Sequence record: DRR723986_4781
Length of the DNA stretch: 61,349 bases
Direction: 5' to 3' (one strand)
Part shown: positions 1 through 9,030 of the stretch, piece by piece
Layout of the letters: every line of letters begins with the position of its first letter
Numbering within the stretch: the first letter of the stretch is position 1
Notes under the pieces: model-generated
The model's database searches: none
The model's input: the letters and a program-made list of their open reading frames with translations, nothing else
What the model was told of the DNA's origin: nothing
Position numbers and translations under genes: made by a program

Positions 1-3
1 GGT

Positions 4-26
4 TGCAGGCAGGCTGCCCGCACTAC
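4..26 (-). repeat. GTAG-type REP-like palindrome (family A)
   Basis: Minus strand reads GTAG-TGCGGGCAGCCTGCCTGCA, similar to the copies at 50656-50678 and 50757-50779. Confidence 0.6.
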
Positions 27-57
27 TGCCTGAGGCCAATGGCACGGCGGAGTGTGA

Positions 58-402
58 CTAATCTGGCTTGGCGACTTGGATCTTGCCGGACATGACGCGG
101 ACTTCGAATGTGTCGATTGATATCTTGGGATTGTCGAGCCAAGCGCCGTCGTCGAGCGAGAATTGCCAATGATGCCAAGGACAAGCCACTGCGCAGCCTT
201 GCAAGTAACCCTCGGCAAGTGAGGCTCCCTGGTGCGGACAAAAGTCGTCGACGGCAAAGTACTTTCCGTCGCGCAAGAACACGGCGATCATGCGATTGCC
301 TACCGGGAATGCCTTGCCGCAACCTTCTTCGAGCTCGCCAACTTCGGCAACGGTGATAAATTCAGGCTCGCTAGCCGCTTCGGGAAACAATGAATCATCC
401 AT
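58..402 (-). CDS. Rieske 2Fe-2S ferredoxin (NirD/dioxygenase ferredoxin-like)
   Basis: CPHQG...CPWH Rieske motifs; start moved to ATG at 402 (MDDSLF). Confidence 0.9.
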   Translation of the reverse strand: MDDSLFPEAASEPEFITVAEVGELEEGCGKAFPVGNRMIAVFLRDGKYFAVDDFCPHQGASLAEGYLQGCAVACPWHHWQFSLDDGAWLDNPKISIDTFEVRVMSGKIQVAKPD

Positions 403-672
403 AGTGAAACCGTCGCTTGTCCAGGTATCAAACCCGACTTTCGACCCAAACCATCCGGTACAAGGAAAGAACTTTCCGCGAAATATGCGGCAGTGGGGTT
501 GCAAATTGTTTACTGGCGTTACGCTGCCTGATTGGCATGCTACAATCTCGGCTTGCTTTTGGGCGTGTATTCGCCAGTTGGTGTCATCTTATCAGAGGGT
601 GCGAGCCAAGGAACGGCCGTGCTGTAGAGAATCGCAAGACGCTGCATTTGAAAGATTCCGAGAAACACATCT

Positions 673-960
673 GTGGCAGCTAAGCTTTCAGGAAAAGTTG
701 TCGAGATCGGTCCTACCGGCGACTTAGTAACCGATATTTCGAGCGCCGATCTTGCCGATGCGCCTCGCGATGCCTCCTTGCGTGTGCTCGTTGACGAACA
801 CGAAACGTTCGGGCTCTATGGCGAAGACCATCAGCAACCGGAAATGACACTGATCGCCATCTTAGTTGACGGCGGCAGTCTTCAAGTCTCGCTTGTCGGC
901 GATAGCGTCAGCGCGATGCTTGGCGTGCCGGTTGGCGCGAACGTCGAAGTGAGTTGGTAG
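673..960 (+). CDS. Stand-alone protein resembling the C-terminal beta-barrel of SAM hydroxide adenosyltransferase (DUF62/fluorinase family)
   Basis: GKVVEIGPTGDLVTDI...TLIAIL..GGSLQVSLVGDSVSAMLGVPVGANVEV resembles the G-V--ID-FGN--TNI...LEIA---GSAA--LG---GD-V pattern; ends 12 bp before bioA. Confidence 0.55.
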   Translation: MAAKLSGKVVEIGPTGDLVTDISSADLADAPRDASLRVLVDEHETFGLYGEDHQQPEMTLIAILVDGGSLQVSLVGDSVSAMLGVPVGANVEVSW

Positions 961-972
961 CTGCTACCTCCA

Positions 973-2340
973 ATGCAAAACTTCGATGAACTTTCTCGCA
1001 TTGATCGTGAGCACTACTGGCACGCGTTCACTCAAATGTCTGAGTACGAGCCACTGCTGATCGAATCAGCAGATGACGTCTGGCTTCACGACCACCTTGG
1101 CCGTAGTCTGATTGACGGCGTGAGCAGCATGTGGTGCAACGTCCACGGCCACCGTCGGTCCGAGATTGACGCAGCAATCACGGAGCAACTGGGCAAAGTA
1201 GCTCATGTAACGTCGCTCGGCGTCAGCAATTCAACCACGATCGAGCTAACTCGAAAGCTGATCAACGTCCTGCCTCGGGGGCTCGATCGTGTCTTCTACA
1301 GTAGCGATGGTTCAAGCGCTGTTGAAGTCGCGCTCAAGATGGCATTCCAGTATTGGCGACAATGCGAAGCTCCTGAGAAAGAGCGCAACCTGTACTTGGC
1401 CGTCGACTACGCATACCACGGCGACTCGATTGGCAGCGTGAGCGTTGGTGGCGTTTCTCGATTCCACGCCATGTTCAACCCTTTGCTGTTTGATGTCGTC
1501 CGCGGCCCCTGCCCTGACACCTATCGAATTCCTGAACTGCTTGACAGTCCTGGTAACCTGGACACGCCGAATCTAACCGACCACTACTTGTCCCAGTACA
1601 GAGACTTGTTCGAACGTTTCGGCTCGCGGCTGGCTGCTGCAATTGTCGAACCCTTGGTTCAGGGAGCGGCGGGGATGGTCGTGCATCCACCGGGATTCCT
1701 GAAGGGCTTGCGTCAGCTTTGCGACGAATTCAATGTTCTGTTGATTGCAGATGAAATTGCAACCGGCATGGGAAGAACTGGCAAAATGTGGGCCTGCGAG
1801 TGGGAGGAGGTGACTCCCGACTTCCTGTGCACCGGAAAGGGACTCAGCGGCGGTTACTTGCCAGTGGCCGCGACGGCAACAACTCAGAATGTTTGGAACG
1901 CCTTCCTTGGTGAGTACGCCGAGTCGAAGTCATTCTTCCACGGGCACACCTACGGAGGCAATCCGTTGGGATGCGCGGCGGCTATCGCGACTCTGGACAT
2001 CTTCCAGTCGGAACGAACACTCCATCACGTCGAAATACAATCACAAGCACTCGAGCAACTGCTTGAGCCACTCCGCGCAATGCCTGGCGTGGGTGATGTT
2101 CGTCAGAAGGGGCTCTTGGCGGCAGTGGAATTGGTGAAAGATAAGGCGACCCATGAGCCTTATCCTTGGAGCGAGCGTCGCGGCCACCTCGTTTGCCAAG
2201 CGGCCATCGAGAAAGGCGTCCTACTTCGGCCGCTGGGCAACAATATCGTTATCGCTCCACCGCTGTGCATCGATTCACAGCAACTTGCTCAGGTCACTCG
2301 AGCCATTGAGTATGGCATCAAAGCGACTCTCTACGACTAA
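973..2340 (+). CDS. bioA: Adenosylmethionine-8-amino-7-oxononanoate aminotransferase
   Basis: WHAFTQM, SSMWCNVHGH, YHGD, DEIATG, GKGLSGGY (PLP Lys), HGHTYGGNP. Confidence 0.95.
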   Translation: MQNFDELSRIDREHYWHAFTQMSEYEPLLIESADDVWLHDHLGRSLIDGVSSMWCNVHGHRRSEIDAAITEQLGKVAHVTSLGVSNSTTIELTRKLINVLPRGLDRVFYSSDGSSAVEVALKMAFQYWRQCEAPEKERNLYLAVDYAYHGDSIGSVSVGGVSRFHAMFNPLLFDVVRGPCPDTYRIPELLDSPGNLDTPNLTDHYLSQYRDLFERFGSRLAAAIVEPLVQGAAGMVVHPPGFLKGLRQLCDEFNVLLIADEIATGMGRTGKMWACEWEEVTPDFLCTGKGLSGGYLPVAATATTQNVWNAFLGEYAESKSFFHGHTYGGNPLGCAAAIATLDIFQSERTLHHVEIQSQALEQLLEPLRAMPGVGDVRQKGLLAAVELVKDKATHEPYPWSERRGHLVCQAAIEKGVLLRPLGNNIVIAPPLCIDSQQLAQVTRAIEYGIKATLYD

Positions 2341-2353
2341 TGCCAACTGGTGG

Positions 2354-2857
2354 CTATCGATCCGATGGGCTCGGTGTGTCAACGGGACCAAGTACTTTGG
2401 CCGAACTGGGCGTGTCGATCTTCATTGGCCGCGCTGGTCCTTGAATGGGAACCAACGGTTCTGGCACGCGAGTCTTCTCGATGACGGACGTCTGCCGCAT
2501 TGGCATTGCTGGCCGCGCGCCTGTCTGGAGCACTTCCCATGGTTTGGGGGCGTAGTATCGCTTACACATTGCGGGCTCATTGCACGTCTCGTACTTGCCA
2601 GCACGAACGTTCTCGGCCCAAACCATCGCTTCCTGACTCGATGGAGCGATCTTGGACGATATCCACCCAGTGAAATAGCGGGGGCGATTGTACTGACGAC
2701 GATACTCGACTGAGTTGTTCCACACCGGATGCACCAGAATGTCAGGTCGTGGATCGCGAGTATTCTTGTTGAATGTTGGCCGCTCAGCCGCGAAGGAAAT
2801 CGACGACGCTAGCAACGGGAGGGCAACCGTGAAGAGTCCGCAAAGTGTGCGTTTCAT
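2354..2857 (-). CDS. Hypothetical secreted protein
   Basis: Signal peptide MKRTLCGLFTVALPLLASSISFA; Pro-rich tail. Confidence 0.7.
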   Translation of the reverse strand: MKRTLCGLFTVALPLLASSISFAAERPTFNKNTRDPRPDILVHPVWNNSVEYRRQYNRPRYFTGWISSKIAPSSQEAMVWAENVRAGKYETCNEPAMCKRYYAPKPWEVLQTGARPAMPMRQTSVIEKTRVPEPLVPIQGPARPMKIDTPSSAKVLGPVDTPSPSDR

Positions 2858-3382
2858 AGCGAATCCATCCGCTTTCTGTTGGTAAGTTGGGGCTCCATCG
2901 CCTGGCACTTCCATGTGCCGGAACCACTGCCTGCCGCTGCAGCGCAATGGCGTGGTGTCGAATAAAGCAATCGAATCAGCAGCAGACGCCTGTTGACACT
3001 GCCCGCCAAGAGTACGGTCGTAGCGCCTGTTCGGCTGAATCGGCCATTGCAGTTAGGGTTAGAGGACTTAGCCAAAGCCTAACGCGGACAGCCGAGCAAA
3101 CTTTACCGGTTGTGGGGATCCAAATGCGGTGGAGCGAGCGTTGCCGTGCGTGTTACAGCGTGCCAGATCCTCTTCGTCGTTCCGATCATACGGCCTGGCG
3201 CGGCTGGTGTACGCGCACTTCGACCTGCGCCGTACAAGTTCTGACAAACGCGAGGGCGTACAATGCAAGGGCCTATACTAAGATGAATCCTTTCAGGTGC
3301 ACTTCGGTCGCGGTAAACGCGCGAGCGCCGTTGCTGCCTAAGTTTTTTGCCTACCACCAATCTTGTCTGGCGGAGTAATGCT

Positions 3383-4621
3383 GTGATCCGATCAACCCCT
3401 ATCGCTCGAATCGCACTTGCCACAATTCTTTCTGGCGTTCTGCTTTCCGATGCATCGTTTGCCCAACCGGGCTTTCCGATGACTCGATTCCAACCTGCGC
3501 GTGATCGTTTGGTCAGCGAGGTGTTGGTGCCGGGCGGGATCACCGACCAACGGGTTCTGCAAGCGATCAGCTCGACACCTCGGCATGAGTTTGTCCCGAT
3601 TAATGTCCGGCGTGATGCCTACGCAGACACTTCGCTACCCATTGGTGCTTCGCAGACGATCAGTAGCCCTTACATCGTGTCAGTTATGACACAAGAACTT
3701 GATGTCCAAGCCGAGCACAAGGTACTGGAGATCGGAACCGGCAGTGGTTACCAAGCGGCAATTTTGAGTCCGCTGGCCAAGGAGGTCTACTCGATTGAAA
3801 TCGTTCCTGAGCTAGGAAGGACGGCCGCCCGAGTGCTTCGGCAGCTTGGTTATGAAAATGTGACGACCAAGATCGGTGACGGTTTCTTAGGCTGGGAAGA
3901 GCATGCTCCGTTCGACAGAATCATCGTCACGTGTAGCCCTGAGGATGTCCCGCAGCCTCTGATTGATCAACTTGTAGAAGGCGGAATTCTGGTCATCCCA
4001 GTCGGGGAACGCTACCAACAAACGCTTTACGTCATGCGGAAAAAAGATGGCAAGCTGGAGCGTGAGGCCCTGCGTCCGACGCTGTTTGTGCCGATGACCG
4101 GAACCGCTGAAGAGCAACGTCGCGTGAAAGCCGATCCTGCGAAGCCGGTCCTTTTCAACGGAGACTTCGAAGAGCCTTTGCCGGAAAATGGCTACGTAGA
4201 TGGCTGGTATTATCAGCGAAATTTGGATTGGATCACATCGACCGACAGTCCAAGTGGTGAGCACTTTGTTCGTTTTGAGAATGACACCCGTGGTCGGCCA
4301 TCGCACCTGCTGCAGGGTTTGGCTCTGGATGGCCGCATCGTCAAGAAAGTCACCCTGTCTGCTTCGTTCCGCTTCACGAGCATTCGCGGCGGGTTAGACG
4401 CCACGGAAACGCCTTCGGTCATGCTTCGTTTCTATGATTCCAATCGCGGCCTGCTCGGCACACAGTTCATTCGTCCCGCGCGATCGAGCAGAGGATGGAA
4501 GACCGTCGAACGACAGTTTCGAGTTCCTGCCGGATCGCGGGAAGCAATCGTTTCCATCGGACTATTCGGCGCAACCGGAACAGCGGAATTTGACAACGTG
4601 GTTCTCCAAGCTGCGAATTAA
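3383..4621 (+). CDS. pcm: Protein-L-isoaspartate O-methyltransferase with N-terminal signal peptide and C-terminal CBM4/9-like beta-sandwich
   Basis: PRHEF, QTISSPY, VLEIGTGSGYQAA, APFDRII, FVPMTG; GTG start at 3383 after GGAG; C-terminal FNGDFEE...FDNVVL. Confidence 0.9.
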   Translation: MIRSTPIARIALATILSGVLLSDASFAQPGFPMTRFQPARDRLVSEVLVPGGITDQRVLQAISSTPRHEFVPINVRRDAYADTSLPIGASQTISSPYIVSVMTQELDVQAEHKVLEIGTGSGYQAAILSPLAKEVYSIEIVPELGRTAARVLRQLGYENVTTKIGDGFLGWEEHAPFDRIIVTCSPEDVPQPLIDQLVEGGILVIPVGERYQQTLYVMRKKDGKLEREALRPTLFVPMTGTAEEQRRVKADPAKPVLFNGDFEEPLPENGYVDGWYYQRNLDWITSTDSPSGEHFVRFENDTRGRPSHLLQGLALDGRIVKKVTLSASFRFTSIRGGLDATETPSVMLRFYDSNRGLLGTQFIRPARSSRGWKTVERQFRVPAGSREAIVSIGLFGATGTAEFDNVVLQAAN

Positions 4622-4955
4622 GAATTGCGGTTTGCCCCACCATCTTGCGGGTACTACGTTCACTCTTGAGGGCAGTCGTTAGGGGCAATGACAATCCCAC
4701 AGATAGCACAGCTTGCACTGCAAAGCAGCGTGCACTCATTTCCCTGACCACTTCTCTTGGTGGATTGCATTTCACGCAATTTGATGATGCGTGAATTTCG
4801 TCACGATCGACGCCTAACTGTTGTGACGACCCCAGCCCAGGATGCAACCAACTGTGTTGCCTTTTTGTAGCCACTGCGAACTGAACACCGCGTTGCGCTC
4901 TAGGGGACATGGGCTAGCAGTCTTACCACGCAATTCGGTTCACAGGGCCATCACC

Positions 4956-5618
4956 ATGTCAATGAAATCTATTCGTCCGAGCGACCTCTGTTTAGTTGCG
5001 ATACTCATTGGCGTTTCTTTGCCCTCGATGACCTTGGCTGAAGACTCGCCGCAGGCCAAAGACTCGAAGACGGTTATTCGCATCGAGGAAGACTGGACCT
5101 ACGAAGTTCTCAATCCTATGCCGACAGAGGATCTCCCGTGGTGCGTGACTACGGTTGATTTCGGTGGAAAGCCTGGCGTTCAATTCAGTATGGACGTCAA
5201 TTGTGCCCACGATCCTGAATTCTCCCCTGGCGGGTACCAACTGCGGATCGCTCGTCAGTCTGAAGAATTGGTTCATAAGCGAACCAACAAGGGGCGACGG
5301 CTCTCGATGCCGATGGAAAAAATTAGCTGGACGACGGTCATTCAGAAGTCGGACAATGGGTTTTTCTTCGGCTTGCTAAACGGCCGGAGCAAGACGTGGG
5401 GCAAGTTTGGCGGGGCGACCAGCTTCGTTTTCCTTTCCTACGAAGACGCTGGTATCGCGACGCTAGACAGCTACTCTGAAAAGAACTCCATAGACCATGC
5501 GGAGCTGAGCGAGTCCAAGAAGCCACTTGCGATGCTCAAGCTGGCTCGAGTCCGCATCTTCTATGAAGGCGAATCGGACCCAAGAGAAATCGACCTCAAC
5601 GCCAAAATTGAACAGTAG
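4956..5618 (+). CDS. Hypothetical secreted protein
   Basis: Signal peptide ending TLA; globular domain (IEEDW, FSPGGYQL, TWGKFGG). Confidence 0.7.
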   Translation: MSMKSIRPSDLCLVAILIGVSLPSMTLAEDSPQAKDSKTVIRIEEDWTYEVLNPMPTEDLPWCVTTVDFGGKPGVQFSMDVNCAHDPEFSPGGYQLRIARQSEELVHKRTNKGRRLSMPMEKISWTTVIQKSDNGFFFGLLNGRSKTWGKFGGATSFVFLSYEDAGIATLDSYSEKNSIDHAELSESKKPLAMLKLARVRIFYEGESDPREIDLNAKIEQ

Positions 5619-5940
5619 TTACTCGCCGCGGCGGCTCGGACCCACCCCCCCCAACTGGGCGGAACGCCGCGCACCCGCCTTACTACTTCTTCTGCGTGTT
5701 TTCCACGCTGTTATACCGGCGCAAACCGTCAGAATACGCAAATTCTTTCACATTACCGGCCAAAGAGGCCTCGTTTCTTGCAGCGGCAATCTAAACTTAG
5801 CCAAACGCATTTTGCCCGATCCGCAAATTCTACCCAGGCTGCTTGAATGCAGCCCCCTGCGGGGTATCCTAGAAACATACGGATGGGATAAATCGCCCAA
5901 ATTCGAAGGCTTTCAATTGCTGCTGTGGAGTTTCGCAAGC

Positions 5941-7080
5941 ATGAAGTACAAATTGATTAGCGGAGCAACCGGACTCTGCCTCGGTCTCCTGATGGCTGCT
6001 AGCGCAAGTGCTGGCTGGGGAAGTAGCGGAGGTTCCTACGGCTACGGAAGTAGCGGTGGATATCGCTCTGCATATGGAAGTAGCGGTGGATATCTGTCGA
6101 GCTATGGCAGCAGCGGTGGATACAGCTACGCTTCCTACTATGCCAGCAGCGGTGGAAGCAGTGGCGGCTCAAGCGGGTACTACCCTGGGCCACTTCGCCG
6201 ATTGGCACTTGGAATTCACAACCACGTTCACGATCACATGGCAGCCAAGCGAGCTCGCATTGCTGCACGTCGCGCCTACTACGGTAGCAGCGGCTACTCC
6301 AGCCACGGTAGCAGTGGTGGATACAGCGTCAGCTACGGCAGCAGCGGCGGATACTCGTCCAGCTACGGTAGCAGCGGCGGCTACTCAGCCAGTTACGGCA
6401 GTAGCGGCGGGCACAGCAGTGGCGGCTACACGACTTCTTACCGCGCCTACACCGGCGGCAGCAGTGGCGGTAGCGTCAGCTACGGAAGCACCGGTTCAAC
6501 TTACTACGGTGCTGCTGCGACTCCATCGTACAGCTCGAGCAACATCCTTGCTTCCAGCGTCTCGACCACCGATAGCTCGGTTCACTTGACCGTTGCAGTT
6601 CCTGCTGAGGCGAAGATCTTCGTCAACGGAAACGAAACCACCAGCACCGGTGCAGTTCGCCAATTTGTCAGCCACGGACTCGAAAGTGGCAAGAGCTACC
6701 GATTCCAACTGCGTGCTGAAATGGCTGCTGCGAATGGTGAAATGATCACCGAAGAAAAGGAAGTTGTCGCTACCGCTGGCGCGCGGCAGCATGTGCAATT
6801 TGCCTTCGCTGACACAGGTGCCTCAGTTGAAACTGCTGTCACTTTGAATGTCCCAGAAGGAGCGACCGTTCGCCTTGCTGGCAGTGACACATCCATCACT
6901 GGTGACGAGCGAACTTACCGAACCTCGCGCATGAAAGCTGGCGAAGTTTGGGACAACTACGAAATCGAGGTAGCTTACGAAGGACGAATCAAGAAGCAAA
7001 ACATTCGCCTGATTGCTGGCGACAAGTTGAGCTTGTCCTTCAACTTCGACGAAGACATGAATCGTGTAGCCGCTCGCTAG
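5941..7080 (+). CDS. Secreted Gly/Ser/Tyr-repeat protein with two TIGR03000 (Planctomycete) domains
   Basis: Signal peptide ending ASA; many (Y/H)GSSGG repeats; two domains starting LTVAVPAEAKIFVNG..T.STG..R.F and VTLNVPEGATVRLAG..T..TG..R.Y. Confidence 0.85.
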   Translation: MKYKLISGATGLCLGLLMAASASAGWGSSGGSYGYGSSGGYRSAYGSSGGYLSSYGSSGGYSYASYYASSGGSSGGSSGYYPGPLRRLALGIHNHVHDHMAAKRARIAARRAYYGSSGYSSHGSSGGYSVSYGSSGGYSSSYGSSGGYSASYGSSGGHSSGGYTTSYRAYTGGSSGGSVSYGSTGSTYYGAAATPSYSSSNILASSVSTTDSSVHLTVAVPAEAKIFVNGNETTSTGAVRQFVSHGLESGKSYRFQLRAEMAAANGEMITEEKEVVATAGARQHVQFAFADTGASVETAVTLNVPEGATVRLAGSDTSITGDERTYRTSRMKAGEVWDNYEIEVAYEGRIKKQNIRLIAGDKLSLSFNFDEDMNRVAAR

Positions 7081-7108
7081 TCGCTACCTGAATTCAACTT
7101 TCAACATT

Positions 7109-7145
7109 AAAAGCCTTGCTGGTTAACGACCAGCGAGGCTTTTTT
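7109..7145 (+). terminator. Rho-independent terminator
   Basis: AAAAGCCTTGCTGGT-loop-ACCAGCGAGGCTTTTTT hairpin plus U-tract after the TIGR03000 gene. Confidence 0.85.
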
Positions 7146-7262
7146 CATGCGCGGGCGGCCGAGCGTAGAGTTCCGAAGTTGTGCAGAGATTGTTAGGATG
7201 TCGCCTGGAGGCTGCATGCGTTGTAGCCCGTTGGTCGAACCTCTTTCGTTGACAATGACAAA

Positions 7263-8024
7263 GTGCAATCTGCGCCCGCTGGAAACCTACGACCAAGACT
7301 GAGACTGGCAATCAGCCTCGCCCTGCTCTTCCACTTGACCGCCGTCGTCGTAGAGCCCCTCTTGTTTTTCACGCGTAGTCGCCGGGGTGCATCGGAGGCC
7401 ATTGCGCCAGTGCGCGCCGCCATGCGTCCGTACACCGAAATGGCTTATCTGAATCATGGCTATTTCTTTTTCGCACCGGAAGCTGGCCCAAGTCACCTGA
7501 TGCGTTTTTCGCTCGACACCCAAGACGGCGCACAGGCAGAACTCCAGTTTCCTGACAAGTCTGCGCAGTGGCCCCGCCTGCTCTATCACCGACATTTCAT
7601 GCTCAGTGAGTTCTTGCATTCTTCACATGTCCCTCCGCCCGATCAAAACCTTGCTGCCGAGAATCAGACCGCGTTTAGGTCTTGGCAACAGGACCGCAAC
7701 CGGTTCGAGATGATCCGCGACAGCTACTTGGCTCACGTGATGGATCGTTACGACGCTCAGTCCGCAACTGTGACCCGTATCGAGCACCAATTACCGAGTG
7801 ACGAAGATGTCCTCAACAACGGGCTGTCTCTCGATGATCCACGCCTCTACCTAGAATTACCCGACGAGCCGTTTGAACTGCCAAACGAACCGTTCAGTGC
7901 ATCCGAGACACAGCCAGCACCAACTGCAATACCACCCGGATCTCCATTGTTTCCTGGCGCAGTGCCCACCGGTCCTGGAGCTACTGGCGCTGATCAGGGA
8001 GCGGAGGTGCTGCCTCGTGAGTAA
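7263..8024 (+). CDS. Membrane-anchored protein, DUF5819/SdpA-like partner of the HTTM protein
   Basis: N-terminal TM with His (LLFHLTAVV); GYFFFAPEAGP motif; overlaps the start of the HTTM gene. Confidence 0.6.
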   Translation: MQSAPAGNLRPRLRLAISLALLFHLTAVVVEPLLFFTRSRRGASEAIAPVRAAMRPYTEMAYLNHGYFFFAPEAGPSHLMRFSLDTQDGAQAELQFPDKSAQWPRLLYHRHFMLSEFLHSSHVPPPDQNLAAENQTAFRSWQQDRNRFEMIRDSYLAHVMDRYDAQSATVTRIEHQLPSDEDVLNNGLSLDDPRLYLELPDEPFELPNEPFSASETQPAPTAIPPGSPLFPGAVPTGPGATGADQGAEVLPRE

Positions 8025-9030
8025 CAAACAACGCAGCAAATCAGAATCATCAACTGCGAATCCGAATCCGATTACGCAGTGGCTAAGTACTTGGTTGGAC
8101 GGATGGAACAGGTTCTGGTTCACACCCGAAGGACCACACACATTGGCGCTGATCCGCATCCTATGCGGCGGCATGATGGTCTATGTTCATGCAATCTGGT
8201 GCTTCTTGGCGAGTGACTTTTTCGGCCCCAATAGCTGGATCAACCAAGAAACGATTCGCAGTCTCCACAGCCAAGACTGGGGCTGGAGTTGGCTGTTCTA
8301 CATCGACTCCCCGGCGCTCATTACTCTGCATCAGTGCATCGCTATTATCTTGTCCGCCATGATGATGCTCGGGCTTTTTGCACGAATCACCGTGCCACTA
8401 GCTTGGTGGTTTACGCTGATGGTGTGCCACAGAATGACAGGAGCACTCTTTGGGCTGGATCAAGTCATTGTCATGCTATCGATGTACCTGATGTTCTCCC
8501 ATTGTTCGGCGGTGTGGAGCATTGATGCGATTCTTGGTCGAACGGCGGGCTCCGACAACGGCAAGGTCAAACCTTGGTGGTTGCCAACGACTGACGCTGC
8601 AGCGGCCAATCGCATTGCCACCAGGCTCATCCAGCTACATCTATGCGTGATCTATCTGTTTGGTGGGCTGAGCAAGATGCGTGGTGAAATGTGGTTTGAT
8701 GGCAGCGCACTCTGGTTCACCGCAGTGAATTTTGAATACCAGTCATTGGACATCACCTGGCTCGGTCGCGCAACGTGGCTTGTCGCCCTGTTGACGGGCC
8801 TAACCATTTTTTGGGAAACGTTCTACTGTGCCCTTGTGTGGCCTAAGATGACGCGCCCACTTGCGCTGATCATGGCGGTCTTTGTCCATGGCGGAATTGC
8901 CGTTGCCCTCGGCATGATTACGTTCGGAACCATTATGATTGTCGCCAACCTTGCCTTCATCCCGCCAGAGATGGTGCGCGGCATAGTTGGACGCTTCTCG
9001 CGATCGCAACCTGGGCTGCGGACTAGCTGA
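8017..9030 (+). CDS. HTTM-domain membrane protein (SdpB / vitamin K-dependent carboxylase-like)
   Basis: WNRFWF, LALIRI, WSIDA, RLIQLHLCVIYLFGGLSKMRGEMWFDGSA, FVHGGI..MITF; GTG start at 8017. Confidence 0.85.
   Translation: MSNKQRSKSESSTANPNPITQWLSTWLDGWNRFWFTPEGPHTLALIRILCGGMMVYVHAIWCFLASDFFGPNSWINQETIRSLHSQDWGWSWLFYIDSPALITLHQCIAIILSAMMMLGLFARITVPLAWWFTLMVCHRMTGALFGLDQVIVMLSMYLMFSHCSAVWSIDAILGRTAGSDNGKVKPWWLPTTDAAAANRIATRLIQLHLCVIYLFGGLSKMRGEMWFDGSALWFTAVNFEYQSLDITWLGRATWLVALLTGLTIFWETFYCALVWPKMTRPLALIMAVFVHGGIAVALGMITFGTIMIVANLAFIPPEMVRGIVGRFSRSQPGLRTS

Noticed and set aside
58..402. nirD as part of a nitrite reductase operon
   Set aside because: No nirB adjacent within the window; only a generic Rieske ferredoxin is supported
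3247..3276. Imperfect 15-bp direct repeat upstream of pcm
   Set aside because: Only two degenerate copies; could be chance
6013..6510. CRISPR array or DNA-level tandem repeat
   Set aside because: The repeats are in-frame coding with synonymous variation and have no unique spacers; no cas genes
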